From an uncultured Gammaproteobacteria bacterium (GTDB lineage Bacteria > Pseudomonadota > Gammaproteobacteria > Steroidobacterales > Woeseiaceae), in the NCBI GenBank assembly GCA_963850825.1, contig CAWKOQ010000015.1, positions 406-64,405 of the forward strand: a stretch of DNA of 64,000 nt, written 5' to 3'. Position 1 is the first letter of the stretch; each line of letters opens with the position of its first letter. This document shows, in pieces, positions 8,338-17,468 of this stretch. The position numbers and the translations under genes are program-made. The notes below the pieces were generated by a model that was not told the origin of the DNA, did no database searches, and worked only from the letters and a program-made list of their open reading frames with translations.

Positions 8338-8846
8338 TGCCCAGTCGACGGGACCACCCTGATGTCACCGCGGTTCGCGAACTCCCGTTACTGGCGAGTC
8401 AGGTCATTCCCGAAAAGTGGGAAGACCAGAACGGTCACATTAACGTGGGTTTTTACATGGCCCTATACAACGAGACCGGCTGGCCCATGTTAGACCTGAT
8501 TGGAATCGATAGACGATACTTTGCGGAACGGAAGATGGGACTCGTCGACCTGGACAACCACATTCGCTACCTGAGTGAACTGCATGTCGGTGATCGGGTT
8601 TCGGCGTACGGGCGGTTTCTCGCCTGTGACAGGAAACGAATTCAGGGCGTGTTGTTTGTAGTGAATGACGACAAGAACGTATTGGCCAGCACGATCGAAT
8701 TCCTATCGATCAATATTGACCTTCGGGAGCGGCGATCCACCAACATTCCTGCTGATATCGCCACGCGGCTAGCCGCTGTAATTAGTAAGCATCAGCGGCT
8801 CGATTGGGCGGCGGTCACCTGCATGTCACTCCCTGATTACGCATGA
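8337..8846 (+). CDS. Hotdog-fold (4HBT-type) acyl-CoA thioesterase
   Basis: WEDQNGHINVGFY...HIRYLSELHVGDRV. Clear paralog of 55925-56422. Confidence 0.75.
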   Translation: MPSRRDHPDVTAVRELPLLASQVIPEKWEDQNGHINVGFYMALYNETGWPMLDLIGIDRRYFAERKMGLVDLDNHIRYLSELHVGDRVSAYGRFLACDRKRIQGVLFVVNDDKNVLASTIEFLSINIDLRERRSTNIPADIATRLAAVISKHQRLDWAAVTCMSLPDYA

Positions 8847-8865
8847 CCCGGCATCGATATGACAT

Positions 8866-8882
8866 ACTTGCATTATTGGACT
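8866..8882 (+). promoter_or_regulatory. Operator-like 17-mer (16/17)
   Basis: ACTTGCATTATTGGACT, 50 nt upstream of the oxygenase ATG at 8933. Confidence 0.7.
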
Positions 8883-8932
8883 GACTGGATTAGCGTACTA
8901 CTATCAAACACGGTATTTGAGGTTTTATCACG

Positions 8933-10384
8933 ATGAACAGCCCCCTCATCAAACCTGACGCGCCCTTCGGCGAATCCCACGGATCGATGGTGACAGGGGT
9001 CCTTGCGCCTGTTTTCCAGGAGTACGTGCTCGACGACCTGGCGGTTGAGGGCGAGATTCCTGCTGACCTTAACGGCGTTTACCTGCGCAACGGACCCAAC
9101 CCGCGCTTCGAGCCGATGGGACAACATCACGTGTTCGACGGCGACGGTATGCTGCATTCCGCGCATTTCGATCGGGGTAAGGTTGTGTATCGCAACAAGT
9201 GGGTGCGTACCGACGCCTGGCTGGAAGAAGATGCTGCTGGCAAGTGTCTGCACGCGGGTATTTATGCAACGCGCAAGGGCCGTGAAGACAAGCGTCTCAG
9301 GGACAGCGCTAACACCGATGTGATTGGCCATGCCGGCCACGCGGTGGCCAGCTGGTACCTCGCCGGCGTGCCTTATCACCTGGATCCGATCACTCTGGAT
9401 ACCGTCGCCAAGGGAGACTATATCTTCGGTCCGGGCAACGGCTTCTCCGCGCACCCCAAGGTCGACGAAATAACAGGCGAGCTGCTGTTCTTCGATTATT
9501 ACAACGCGCACCCGCACATGAGCTATGGCGTCGTCGATGCCTCGGGCAATGCGACCCACCAGGTGCTCATCGAATTGCCGGGTTCGCGGCTACCGCACGA
9601 CATGGCGATCACCGAGAATTACTCGATCCTTCATGATCTACCGGTACTCAATGACCCTGACGCGTTCCGCGCCGGCCGTCACAAGATCCTGTTCGACTCG
9701 TCGTTGCCGGCGCGATTTGGCGTCATACTGCGCCATGGCGCAGGCGACTCGATTCGCTGGTTCGAGTTCTCGCCGTGCTTTCTCTACCATGTCATCAACG
9801 CCTGGGAAGAAGGCGATGAGGTAGTCATGGTGGCCTGCCGTTACATGCCGGTAAAAGACCTCAGAGGCGGCATCAACGAAATACGTACTGCCAAGAACAT
9901 TGGCAGCGGCATCATGGATGCCCGGCTGTGGCGCTACCGCATGAACCTGAAAACCGGCGAGGCGATCGAGGAATGCCTCGATCCTGTCCGCAACGTCGAA
10001 TTCCCGTCTTACAATGCTGCCCTGACAGGGAGAAAGACTCAGTGGGGATACTTCGTCGACCACGATCCCGCCGTCCTGCGCTGGACAGGTTTGCGTAAAT
10101 TCAATACCGACACCGGCGAGAGCGTCGGTGAGTGGAGTGACGGGCACGAAAGCTGTTGGTACAGCGAACCGTGGTTTGCGCCGGCGGACAACCCACGCAG
10201 CGAAGATCACGGCTACGTCGTTACTTTCGTCTGGAACGACAAAACCCGTGAACAGCAGCTACAGATTTTGGACGCTCAGGACATGAACAAGGGACCGGTC
10301 GCAAGAGTCCGAATACCGCACCAGATACCGTCAGGCTTTCACGCCTGCTGGATGAAGCCGAACCAGATAGCATCCTGGGGCTAG
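8933..10384 (+). CDS. Carotenoid-cleavage / lignostilbene-type dioxygenase (RPE65 family)
   Basis: 483 aa. Family stretches are HHVFDGDGMLH, SAHPKVDEITGELLFFDY, LPHDMAITENYSILHD and FLYHVINAWEE. Confidence 0.9.
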   Translation: MNSPLIKPDAPFGESHGSMVTGVLAPVFQEYVLDDLAVEGEIPADLNGVYLRNGPNPRFEPMGQHHVFDGDGMLHSAHFDRGKVVYRNKWVRTDAWLEEDAAGKCLHAGIYATRKGREDKRLRDSANTDVIGHAGHAVASWYLAGVPYHLDPITLDTVAKGDYIFGPGNGFSAHPKVDEITGELLFFDYYNAHPHMSYGVVDASGNATHQVLIELPGSRLPHDMAITENYSILHDLPVLNDPDAFRAGRHKILFDSSLPARFGVILRHGAGDSIRWFEFSPCFLYHVINAWEEGDEVVMVACRYMPVKDLRGGINEIRTAKNIGSGIMDARLWRYRMNLKTGEAIEECLDPVRNVEFPSYNAALTGRKTQWGYFVDHDPAVLRWTGLRKFNTDTGESVGEWSDGHESCWYSEPWFAPADNPRSEDHGYVVTFVWNDKTREQQLQILDAQDMNKGPVARVRIPHQIPSGFHACWMKPNQIASWG

Positions 10385-10393
10385 CGCCAGAGC

Positions 10394-11698
10394 TCAGGCA
10401 GTGATGTCCTCGAACGCGAGTCGCGCCGATTTGGCCGCGCCCATGGAACCATCGTAGCCTGACGGACAAGCAGCGTCGCCGACGTTGTAGAGATTCGCAA
10501 TCGGCGTGCGGTGATCGACGTGTTTGTCGGGCACGGTTCGAAAGCCAGGCCACTTGCCTCGGTAACAGGTCTTGGTCAGGATCGTGCAACGATCTTCGAA
10601 GTCAGGAAAGATGTCGTTGAGGTCCTTTATAACCTCACCAAGCTCCGCCTTGATGTCGCCCGGGTTCAGGCTGTCCCTGGGTGCTGCACCCACGGTATAC
10701 AGGTGCTTGCCAGGTGGCGCGACTCCGTCGGCCTCCAGAGAAGGCACGTCGATCATATTGACCCGTCGGCTGCAGCCGACGCTGATGGCGGAGTAGTCCA
10801 TCAGCAATTCATCGCTGGCAAAATGAAGCCACATGATTGCGGTCGGCGTCATGTCCTTGTTGATGCGCTCGACATAGGAAGGATCCAGACAACCGTCCGA
10901 GACCAATGCCACCGTGCCGGCTGGTCCGATGTTGCTGATCACTACCGGCGCACGGACATCCATCGACTCGCGGTCCTTGCGGATGCGCACACCTTCCACT
11001 CTGCCCTCGGCCACATGAATGCTCTCGGCGGTAGCGCCGGCCCACACCTCACCTCCGGACTCCCGAACCAGATCAGCCATGCGATTCCATAGAGCGATAC
11101 TGCCGCCCTCGATAAATCCGAATTTCAGCGGCGCTATGACCTTGATGAACTTGAAATACTGGGCCGCCGGTAACTCGTAACTATTTACGGTCAACAGCGA
11201 CGAAATGGTGGCCTGGAATATGCCATGAATCTTCGGGTTCTCTGTGTACTGGTTGAGCCAGCTCCGGAAGCTGATCTCTGCAGACGGCGACTCCTCTTTC
11301 ATTGCCTTGTTGAGCGCATCTTTCATTGCCTTGTTGAGCGCATCGATAACTCGCTGTGCTTCGTCCTGGTCGCTCGCGACATCACGGATAATAGTTCGCG
11401 TGGCACCTTTAGCGAGATCATAGACCTGGCCGTCAAGCCACATTCCTACGCGCGTGCTCGGCTTTACCCCGGAGGGAATGCCAACAAGCTCGCAGACCTT
11501 TTCCATGTCGCGCCCAACGGGGACAGCCAGTCCGCCCGTGGCGCACATGTAACCATCGTGGTTGACCGTCGAAAAGCGACCGCCAAGGTAGCGGCGTTTT
11601 TCCGCCAACAGCACGCGTTGACCGGCATGGGCCAGCAGCGCCGCGGCACACATACCGCCGACGCCAGAACCTAATACGATGGCGTCAAATCGTTCCAT
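10394..11698 (-). CDS. CrtI/phytoene-desaturase-like (RetSat-like) FAD-dependent oxidoreductase
   Basis: MERFDAIVLGSGVGGMCAAALLA...LLAEKRRYLGGR dinucleotide-binding N-terminus. Start trimmed to the ATG at 11698. Paralog of 16146-17462. Confidence 0.85.
   Translation of the reverse strand: MERFDAIVLGSGVGGMCAAALLAHAGQRVLLAEKRRYLGGRFSTVNHDGYMCATGGLAVPVGRDMEKVCELVGIPSGVKPSTRVGMWLDGQVYDLAKGATRTIIRDVASDQDEAQRVIDALNKAMKDALNKAMKEESPSAEISFRSWLNQYTENPKIHGIFQATISSLLTVNSYELPAAQYFKFIKVIAPLKFGFIEGGSIALWNRMADLVRESGGEVWAGATAESIHVAEGRVEGVRIRKDRESMDVRAPVVISNIGPAGTVALVSDGCLDPSYVERINKDMTPTAIMWLHFASDELLMDYSAISVGCSRRVNMIDVPSLEADGVAPPGKHLYTVGAAPRDSLNPGDIKAELGEVIKDLNDIFPDFEDRCTILTKTCYRGKWPGFRTVPDKHVDHRTPIANLYNVGDAACPSGYDGSMGAAKSARLAFEDITA
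11296..11343. repeat. Perfect 24-bp tandem duplication, in frame inside the FAD oxidoreductase gene
   Basis: CTTTCATTGCCTTGTTGAGCGCAT x2, which encodes DALNKAMK-DALNKAMK. Confidence 0.95.
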
Positions 11699-12447
11699 AA
11701 CCACTCCCTTAGAAATCCACAGACTTCCGCCGGTCTTTCGAGCGGCAGCAAATGTCCGGTGTCCTCGAGTACCTGCAACGATGCGCAAGGAATGTGGTCC
11801 GCTATATACCGATTTCCGCTCACCGGTGTCACCCGGTCCTCTGCACCACAAAGAACCCTTACCGGGAGTTGGATCGATGAGAGTTGCTCCCGAGAATCCG
11901 GCCGCCGCATCGCCGCACGTTGCTGGCGGCAGAACTCTTCGACGCCTAGTTCCTTTCCCATGACCGTGACGGCCTCCCGCGTCTCGCGGGCAAACGGTCC
12001 CTTCGGACATACGATAAATTTGCCTATATCCTCGAGCACCGAGTCGTAGTCCTCTTGCGCTTGCTCGATCAGGAATTCCCGTTGTTCGATGACTTGATCG
12101 GAATCGGCACATGGCGATGCACTGATAAATGCCAGCCGATCAACGCGTACTGCATCGCGACCGATCAGGTTCAGCGCGATGTATCCGCCGAGCGAAAAGC
12201 CGACAGGCGAAAACGATCGAGCCGCCACCTGAGCCAGCACTCGATCAGCCATTTCGTCGATCGACGCCGCGCCGGTGTAGTCGGCGACGATGACCTCGCA
12301 ATCGTCAGACAAGTCTCTAACCTGCGCCGACCAGAGTCGGGCGTTATTGCCCATGCCGGGTATCAGGACGACTACGGGTTTGGCACTTGAAGTCAATTGG
12401 CGGCTCTCTTTATGTGCCGATAACAAAGCTGACGGTCGTAGTCGCAC
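11671..12447 (-). CDS. Alpha/beta hydrolase
   Basis: Nucleophile elbow GFSLGG with VVLIPGMGNN upstream. Start uncertain because the ORF overlaps the upstream thiolase stop. Confidence 0.75.
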   Translation of the reverse strand: MRLRPSALLSAHKESRQLTSSAKPVVVLIPGMGNNARLWSAQVRDLSDDCEVIVADYTGAASIDEMADRVLAQVAARSFSPVGFSLGGYIALNLIGRDAVRVDRLAFISASPCADSDQVIEQREFLIEQAQEDYDSVLEDIGKFIVCPKGPFARETREAVTVMGKELGVEEFCRQQRAAMRRPDSREQLSSIQLPVRVLCGAEDRVTPVSGNRYIADHIPCASLQVLEDTGHLLPLERPAEVCGFLREWLWNDLTPSY

Positions 12448-13642
12448 TGCCTCCGATGTTCAGCGTCGCAACGTTTGACGCGCCCTCGATCTGGTAGTCG
12501 CCGGCGGTACCCGTCACTTGTTTATGACTGTCCAGGATCATGCGAACGCCGGTCGCACCAACCGGGTGGCCAAGACCGATCAGGCCACCACTCGCATTGA
12601 CCGGAATGCGGCCGCCGATCTCGATGTCGCCTTCCTCGACGGCCTTCCAGCTCTCGCCCGGCGGTGTGATGCCGAAATGGTCGATGGCCATATATTCGGT
12701 GCTTGTGAAACAGTCGTGCGTCTCGATGCCATCCAGATCATCGACTCCGCCGATACCTGCGCGGGCAAACGCATCGGTGATCGTGCCGCGCACATGTGGA
12801 AAGACGTAGTCGCCACTCCGGCCTTCTTCGATCTTCTGGGCGTAGCTGATTGGCGCCGTCCGATGCCCCCAGCCCTTGATGTAGGGAATTTCGGCGATGT
12901 CGAGGCCACGCGATTTGGCGTACTCGGCCGCTTTTGCCGAACTGGCCAAAAACACACAAGCCGCGCCGTCGGTGATCTGGCCGCAATCCTGCTTGCGAAT
13001 GCGCCCTTCGATGACCGGGTTCGCATCATCGTCCTCGAGAAAACTCTCTTCTGTGAAAACCCACTTGCGCGTCTGCGAATTCGGGTTACGCTTCGCATTG
13101 GCGAAATTGGTTTTGGCGATGCCGGCGAGGTGCTCCTGCTTGATGCCAAAGCGATTGTCGTACTCGATCGCGACCTCACTGAACATGTGTGGCCAGGGAT
13201 AGGTTACGTCGGTTGCCTCATGTCCGCTCCACATCGCGGGACCGCCGATGTATTCCGCTGCTTGCTGCCCCGACACGTTGCGCATCTGCTCGATGCCGAT
13301 CACGGCCGCAAGGCCGTATCGCCCGGCTTCTATATCGGCTGCAGCCGATAAGGCGGCTATGCTCCCCGACGCGCAGGCTGCCTCGTGCCGCGAGGCCGGC
13401 AAGCCGGAGAACGCGGGATGCAGCGCTGCAAAGAATCCGCCCAGATGCCCCTGCCGGCAAAAAAGCTCAGCGGCAAAGTTACCGACGTGCGCAACCTCGA
13501 CCGCTTCAGGCTCGAGAGCAACGGCATCGAATGCCGCTTGCACGGTACCGCCGAAAGCATCGAAAAGTTCGATACCGTTTCTGGCCCAATTTTGTGAGAA
13601 GTCGGTCTGGTAACCGCCAAGAATGTAAACGCGTTCTGTCAT
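12410..13642 (-). CDS. Thiolase-fold protein, SCP-x/nonspecific-lipid-transfer type
   Basis: MTERVYILGGYQTDF..., active-site region HEAACASGS, and GHPVGATG near the C-terminus. Start trimmed to 13642. Confidence 0.85.
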   Translation of the reverse strand: MTERVYILGGYQTDFSQNWARNGIELFDAFGGTVQAAFDAVALEPEAVEVAHVGNFAAELFCRQGHLGGFFAALHPAFSGLPASRHEAACASGSIAALSAAADIEAGRYGLAAVIGIEQMRNVSGQQAAEYIGGPAMWSGHEATDVTYPWPHMFSEVAIEYDNRFGIKQEHLAGIAKTNFANAKRNPNSQTRKWVFTEESFLEDDDANPVIEGRIRKQDCGQITDGAACVFLASSAKAAEYAKSRGLDIAEIPYIKGWGHRTAPISYAQKIEEGRSGDYVFPHVRGTITDAFARAGIGGVDDLDGIETHDCFTSTEYMAIDHFGITPPGESWKAVEEGDIEIGGRIPVNASGGLIGLGHPVGATGVRMILDSHKQVTGTAGDYQIEGASNVATLNIGGSATTTVSFVIGT

Positions 13643-13664
13643 TGTGTCCGCCGCTTTTGATTGA

Positions 13665-14264
13665 TTAGGATTTGTCGAGATATCGCTCAAGGTGCGCCAG
13701 CCGGTCGCCGCCCCAGAATATCTCGCCGTCGCAAAAGAAAGTGGGCGCGCCGAATACGCCGCGGTCCATCGCCTCACCGGTCACTTCCTTCAACCTGGCC
13801 TTGACGGAATCATCTGACACCGCCTTGAGCAGTTGTTCTGCGTCGTGCCCTAGAGTCGTGGCGATACCGGCCAGTACCTCCGGGTCGGAACAGTCGCGCC
13901 CGTCGGCGAAAGTCGCAGCAAAGACTGCCTGTGCCCACTCGACGGCCTTTGCCGCGTCGCCGTTGTGAAGGTGCCAGAAAGCCCGCGAGGCTGTAATGCT
14001 GTTAAACGGGAATGACGCTGGAAATACGAAGGGTGGCAGTCCGGCTGCTTCAGCGCAGCGCGTGAGGTCGCGATGCGCATAACGCATCTTGGGGTGTTCG
14101 GCGGCAGGCGGCGCATGATTCAGCGACTTGAAGACGGCGCCCAGCACAATCGGCTTCCAGTCGATCGTGACGTCGCGCTCATTCGCAAATTGTATGACTC
14201 GTGGCACTGCCACATACGAATAAGCTGACGAAAAATCGAGATAAAAGTCGATTCTAGCCGGCAT
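13665..14264 (-). CDS. 2-hydroxychromene-2-carboxylate isomerase / DsbA-like (GST-kappa) family protein
   Basis: N-terminal IDFYLDFSSAYSY and overall 199-aa DsbA-like pattern. Confidence 0.8.
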   Translation of the reverse strand: MPARIDFYLDFSSAYSYVAVPRVIQFANERDVTIDWKPIVLGAVFKSLNHAPPAAEHPKMRYAHRDLTRCAEAAGLPPFVFPASFPFNSITASRAFWHLHNGDAAKAVEWAQAVFAATFADGRDCSDPEVLAGIATTLGHDAEQLLKAVSDDSVKARLKEVTGEAMDRGVFGAPTFFCDGEIFWGGDRLAHLERYLDKS

Positions 14265-14289
14265 GCCTCAATTCCTGTTGATTTGACTA

Positions 14290-14306
14290 ACTTTCATAAA
14301 TAGACT
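14290..14306 (+). promoter_or_regulatory. Operator-like 17-mer (16/17)
   Basis: ACTTTCATAAATAGACT in the divergent gap, 25 nt from start 14264 (-) and 51 nt from start 14358 (+). It is preceded by TTGACTA, as at 61647 and 52653. Confidence 0.7.
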
Positions 14307-14357
14307 TGAGAGAGGATACTAGCCTGCCGTTCGATATTCAATCGTAGTGAGGACAAC

Positions 14358-16064
14358 ATGCGCACAACACCGACTGAGAGGATCGAAGACCTGACGCAAC
14401 GCGGCTGGTGGTGCGACCAGACACTCGATGGCCTGTTCCGGGAAGCGGTTCAATCCCACCCAGACCACGCGGCACTGGTCGATCAGTACAATCGCAGCGA
14501 CTTCACGGACGGCGAGGCGCAACGATTCACCTTTGCCGAACTTGCGAACGTGGCCGAGAATCTCGCTGCCCGGTTTTATGAGACCGGGTTGCGGCGCGAC
14601 GACATTGTTGTCGTGCAACTGCCGAATATCGTCGAACTCGCGGCCCTCTACCTGGCACTCGGCAAACTGGGCGTCATCATCAGCCCGGTACCCATGCAAT
14701 ACGGTTCGTTTGAACTCGAGAAGGCAAAAAAAGTCGTCGACCCAGCCGCCTATATTTCGCTGACGAACTTTAAGGGCAAGAACTTCGCCAGTGAGCTTGG
14801 TGCCGTGTTCAAAGATGGCTGCAAGGTTTTCTGTTTTGGCAGCGACGTGCCTGATGGCGCAATCTCCCTGGAATTATCGTCGGATAAACCGGACGATAAT
14901 CCTAACTACACCGCATACGTCGACAGTCTTGATATTACTGCGAACGACATCTTCACGATCTGCTGGACCTCCGGAACGACCGGCCAACCCAAAGGCGTAC
15001 CGCGCAGCCACAACATGTGGATGGCCTCGGCGATCGGTTCGCATGATGCGGCATTGTTACAGGACAACGAGATTCTCCTCAACCCCTTCCCGCTCGTTAA
15101 CATGGCGGCCCTCGGTGGCTTCTTGTATTGCTGGATGATGCGCGCCTGCACTTTGGTGCTGCATCATCCGTTCGACATGCAGGTGTTCCTAAAGCAAATA
15201 CAGGACGAGAAGGTCGCGTACACGATTGCACCGCCTGCGGTCCTGACGATGTTGCTGAAGAAGCGCGAGATCCTCGATTCGATAGACATTTCCAGCTTGC
15301 GCTGCATCGGCTCCGGCAGTGCGCCGCTATCCGAGTTCATGGTGGCCGGTTTCGGCAAGGATTTCGGCATCGAAATCCTCAACATATTCGGGTCCAATGA
15401 GGGTATCTGCCTCGCATCGGGACCGAAGGAACTGCCGGACTACGCCGAGCGCGCTCAGTTCTTCCCGCGTTTCGGCGTCGAAGGCCTCGAGTGGGCCAAC
15501 CGCACTGCCAACAACATGAAGACACGTCTCATCTCGCTGGAATCAGGTGAAGAAGTCACCGAAGTCGGGCAGCAAGGCGAACTCGAGATCTGGGGCTCCA
15601 CTGTGTTCGACGGTTATTACAAGTCGCCCGAGGCAAATGCCGAAGTGTTTTCGGAGGATGGCTACTTCCGTACCGGCGACGTATTCGAGATCACGGGCGA
15701 AGGCGAACAGCCACAGTTCTACAAGTTTGTCGGACGCTGCAAGGACATCATCGTGCGTGGTGGCGTCAACATCTCCCCCGACGAGATCGACAATGAATTG
15801 GCCGCGCACCCGAAGGTTGCCCAGGTCTGCGTAGTCGGTATCGACGATGAAATCATGGGCGAGCGCATCGGCGCTGCTGTGGTTGCCAAGCCCGGCGAGA
15901 CTATCGTTCTGGAAGATCTGACGAGCTTTCTGAAGGAACGAGGTGTAGCTGTATTCAAGCTTCCTGAGAAGCTGGTGTGTGCGGAGAGCCTGCCGTACAA
16001 CGCGACAGGTAAAATTCAGCGCCGGGACGTGAAGCACCTGTTCGATCAGGCATCGCCCGAATGA
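14358..16064 (+). CDS. Adenylate-forming acyl-CoA synthetase (AMP-binding)
   Basis: CWTSGTTGQPKGVPRSH P-loop. 568 aa. Close paralog of 36201-37967. Confidence 0.9.
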   Translation: MRTTPTERIEDLTQRGWWCDQTLDGLFREAVQSHPDHAALVDQYNRSDFTDGEAQRFTFAELANVAENLAARFYETGLRRDDIVVVQLPNIVELAALYLALGKLGVIISPVPMQYGSFELEKAKKVVDPAAYISLTNFKGKNFASELGAVFKDGCKVFCFGSDVPDGAISLELSSDKPDDNPNYTAYVDSLDITANDIFTICWTSGTTGQPKGVPRSHNMWMASAIGSHDAALLQDNEILLNPFPLVNMAALGGFLYCWMMRACTLVLHHPFDMQVFLKQIQDEKVAYTIAPPAVLTMLLKKREILDSIDISSLRCIGSGSAPLSEFMVAGFGKDFGIEILNIFGSNEGICLASGPKELPDYAERAQFFPRFGVEGLEWANRTANNMKTRLISLESGEEVTEVGQQGELEIWGSTVFDGYYKSPEANAEVFSEDGYFRTGDVFEITGEGEQPQFYKFVGRCKDIIVRGGVNISPDEIDNELAAHPKVAQVCVVGIDDEIMGERIGAAVVAKPGETIVLEDLTSFLKERGVAVFKLPEKLVCAESLPYNATGKIQRRDVKHLFDQASPE

Positions 16065-16141
16065 GGGACGCATTCATCTACGATGCAGTCCGCACGCCGC
16101 GAGGCAATCATTATCGAGAGAGTTTAACCTGCAGGAGTTAA
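16061..16141 (+). pseudogene. 26-codon scar of a thiolase gene (first ~14 residues only)
   Basis: ATGA overlap with the ligase stop. MRDAFIYDAVRTPRG then diverges (NHYRESLTCRS*). Compare the intact paralog start MTEAYVYDAIRTPRGKGK at 36208. Confidence 0.45.
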
Positions 16142-16145
16142 TGGA

Positions 16146-17462
16146 GTGACCGAGCGATTTGATTCGATTATTGTCGGCGCGGGCATGGGTGGCATGTGCG
16201 CGGCAGCGCGGCTCACGGCGGCGGGGCAGCGCGTTCTCGTCCTGGAGAAGTCACCGCACCTCGGCGGACGATGTTCACATCGTATGAGAAACGGATGCCG
16301 GGTAACCACGGGTGCAATCATGATCCCAATGGCGGAGACGAGTGCCATCCGTCAAGCATTCGACCTGCTCAATGTACCGATGAACATGATAGAGCTGACG
16401 GGTCGCATGCGTTACCGACTGCCGCACGGCGACTACGACCAGCAGGAATCCGGCGGCGGGCTGCGCGGCATCATCAAGTTCGCATTTGAAGATGATGAGG
16501 ACAGCACCGAGCAGCTGTTCCAGCATTTCCTGTCCGCGATGAAAGATATGCCAGACGATTCGAAGACGTTTCGTGACTGGCTCGAGCAACACACCGATAA
16601 TGAAAACGTCATCAAACTGTTCCAGGGTTTTTGCGCGGCGTTGATGGGTACGAACCTGCATGAAATACCGGCCGGCGAGTTTTTTCGATTTCTTGCCTAC
16701 AGCAGCCGCGGCAGTCGCTTCGGCATGGCCGTCAACGGCAACGGCGAATTGATGGATGCCCTTGCCGAGGCAATCGAGATGCGCGGCTCGCGGATATTGC
16801 GGCGAACGACCTGCCGCGAAATCCGGATCGAGGATGGCAAGGCGACCGGCGTCCTCGCAAAATCCAGAGATCGCGGGGAAGAATTCTTTGAAGGCGACTA
16901 TATCCTGTCCAACACAGGACCGGACCGGACCGTGGTCCTCTCGGGTGGCAGAGACAAGTTCGACGCAGATTATCTGGCCAAACTCGACGAGTCTCCTCAT
17001 GAAGCCCCCATATTTCATATTTCCTTCGTAACGGATGCGCCGCTGATCGAGGACTTCGATGGCTGTCTCGTGTTTGGCAACAACAAGAACCTGATCTACC
17101 TTGAAATTCCATCGCTGATTTCGCCAGACATATCACCGCCTGGACGCTACCTGCATACAGCTTTTGGCGCACCGACCGATGCTGCGACTGCAAATCTGAA
17201 AGAGGAACTCGAGAACACGTTGCACGAACTCGAAGAAAATTTCCCGGGAAGACTGGATGGCGGCGAATTCCTCGTCAAAGCCAAGCACTCCGGACAGGGT
17301 CCGGGTATGCACCGCTGGGCCGGTCACATGCTGCCGGTCACCACTTCCATCGAGAACCTGTACAACGTCGGGGACGGCAGCACGACGCCTGGCACTATAG
17401 GTACCGAGGGGGCGGCCTCATCAGCCAGGGAAGCGGTAGAGCGAATCCTCGACTCTCACTAG
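16146..17462 (+). CDS. CrtI/phytoene-desaturase-like (RetSat-like) FAD-dependent oxidoreductase
   Basis: (GTG) TERFDSIIVGAGMGGMCAAARL...VLEKSPHLGGR. Paralog of 10394-11698. Confidence 0.85.
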   Translation: MTERFDSIIVGAGMGGMCAAARLTAAGQRVLVLEKSPHLGGRCSHRMRNGCRVTTGAIMIPMAETSAIRQAFDLLNVPMNMIELTGRMRYRLPHGDYDQQESGGGLRGIIKFAFEDDEDSTEQLFQHFLSAMKDMPDDSKTFRDWLEQHTDNENVIKLFQGFCAALMGTNLHEIPAGEFFRFLAYSSRGSRFGMAVNGNGELMDALAEAIEMRGSRILRRTTCREIRIEDGKATGVLAKSRDRGEEFFEGDYILSNTGPDRTVVLSGGRDKFDADYLAKLDESPHEAPIFHISFVTDAPLIEDFDGCLVFGNNKNLIYLEIPSLISPDISPPGRYLHTAFGAPTDAATANLKEELENTLHELEENFPGRLDGGEFLVKAKHSGQGPGMHRWAGHMLPVTTSIENLYNVGDGSTTPGTIGTEGAASSAREAVERILDSH

Positions 17463-17468
17463 TCGCAG

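Noticed and set aside
10394-12112. Long N-terminal extensions in the ORF track, for example 572 aa for the FAD oxidoreductase. The same applies to 19082-20197, 21440-22765, 12410-13777, 29665-31197, 31137-32210, 53297-54076 and 60274-61638.
   Set aside because: The extensions overlap the upstream gene and are Arg-rich nonsense. In each case an internal ATG or GTG sits right before the conserved N-terminal motif (GxGxxG, the thiolase MT..Y.. start, and so on). Starts were trimmed accordingly.
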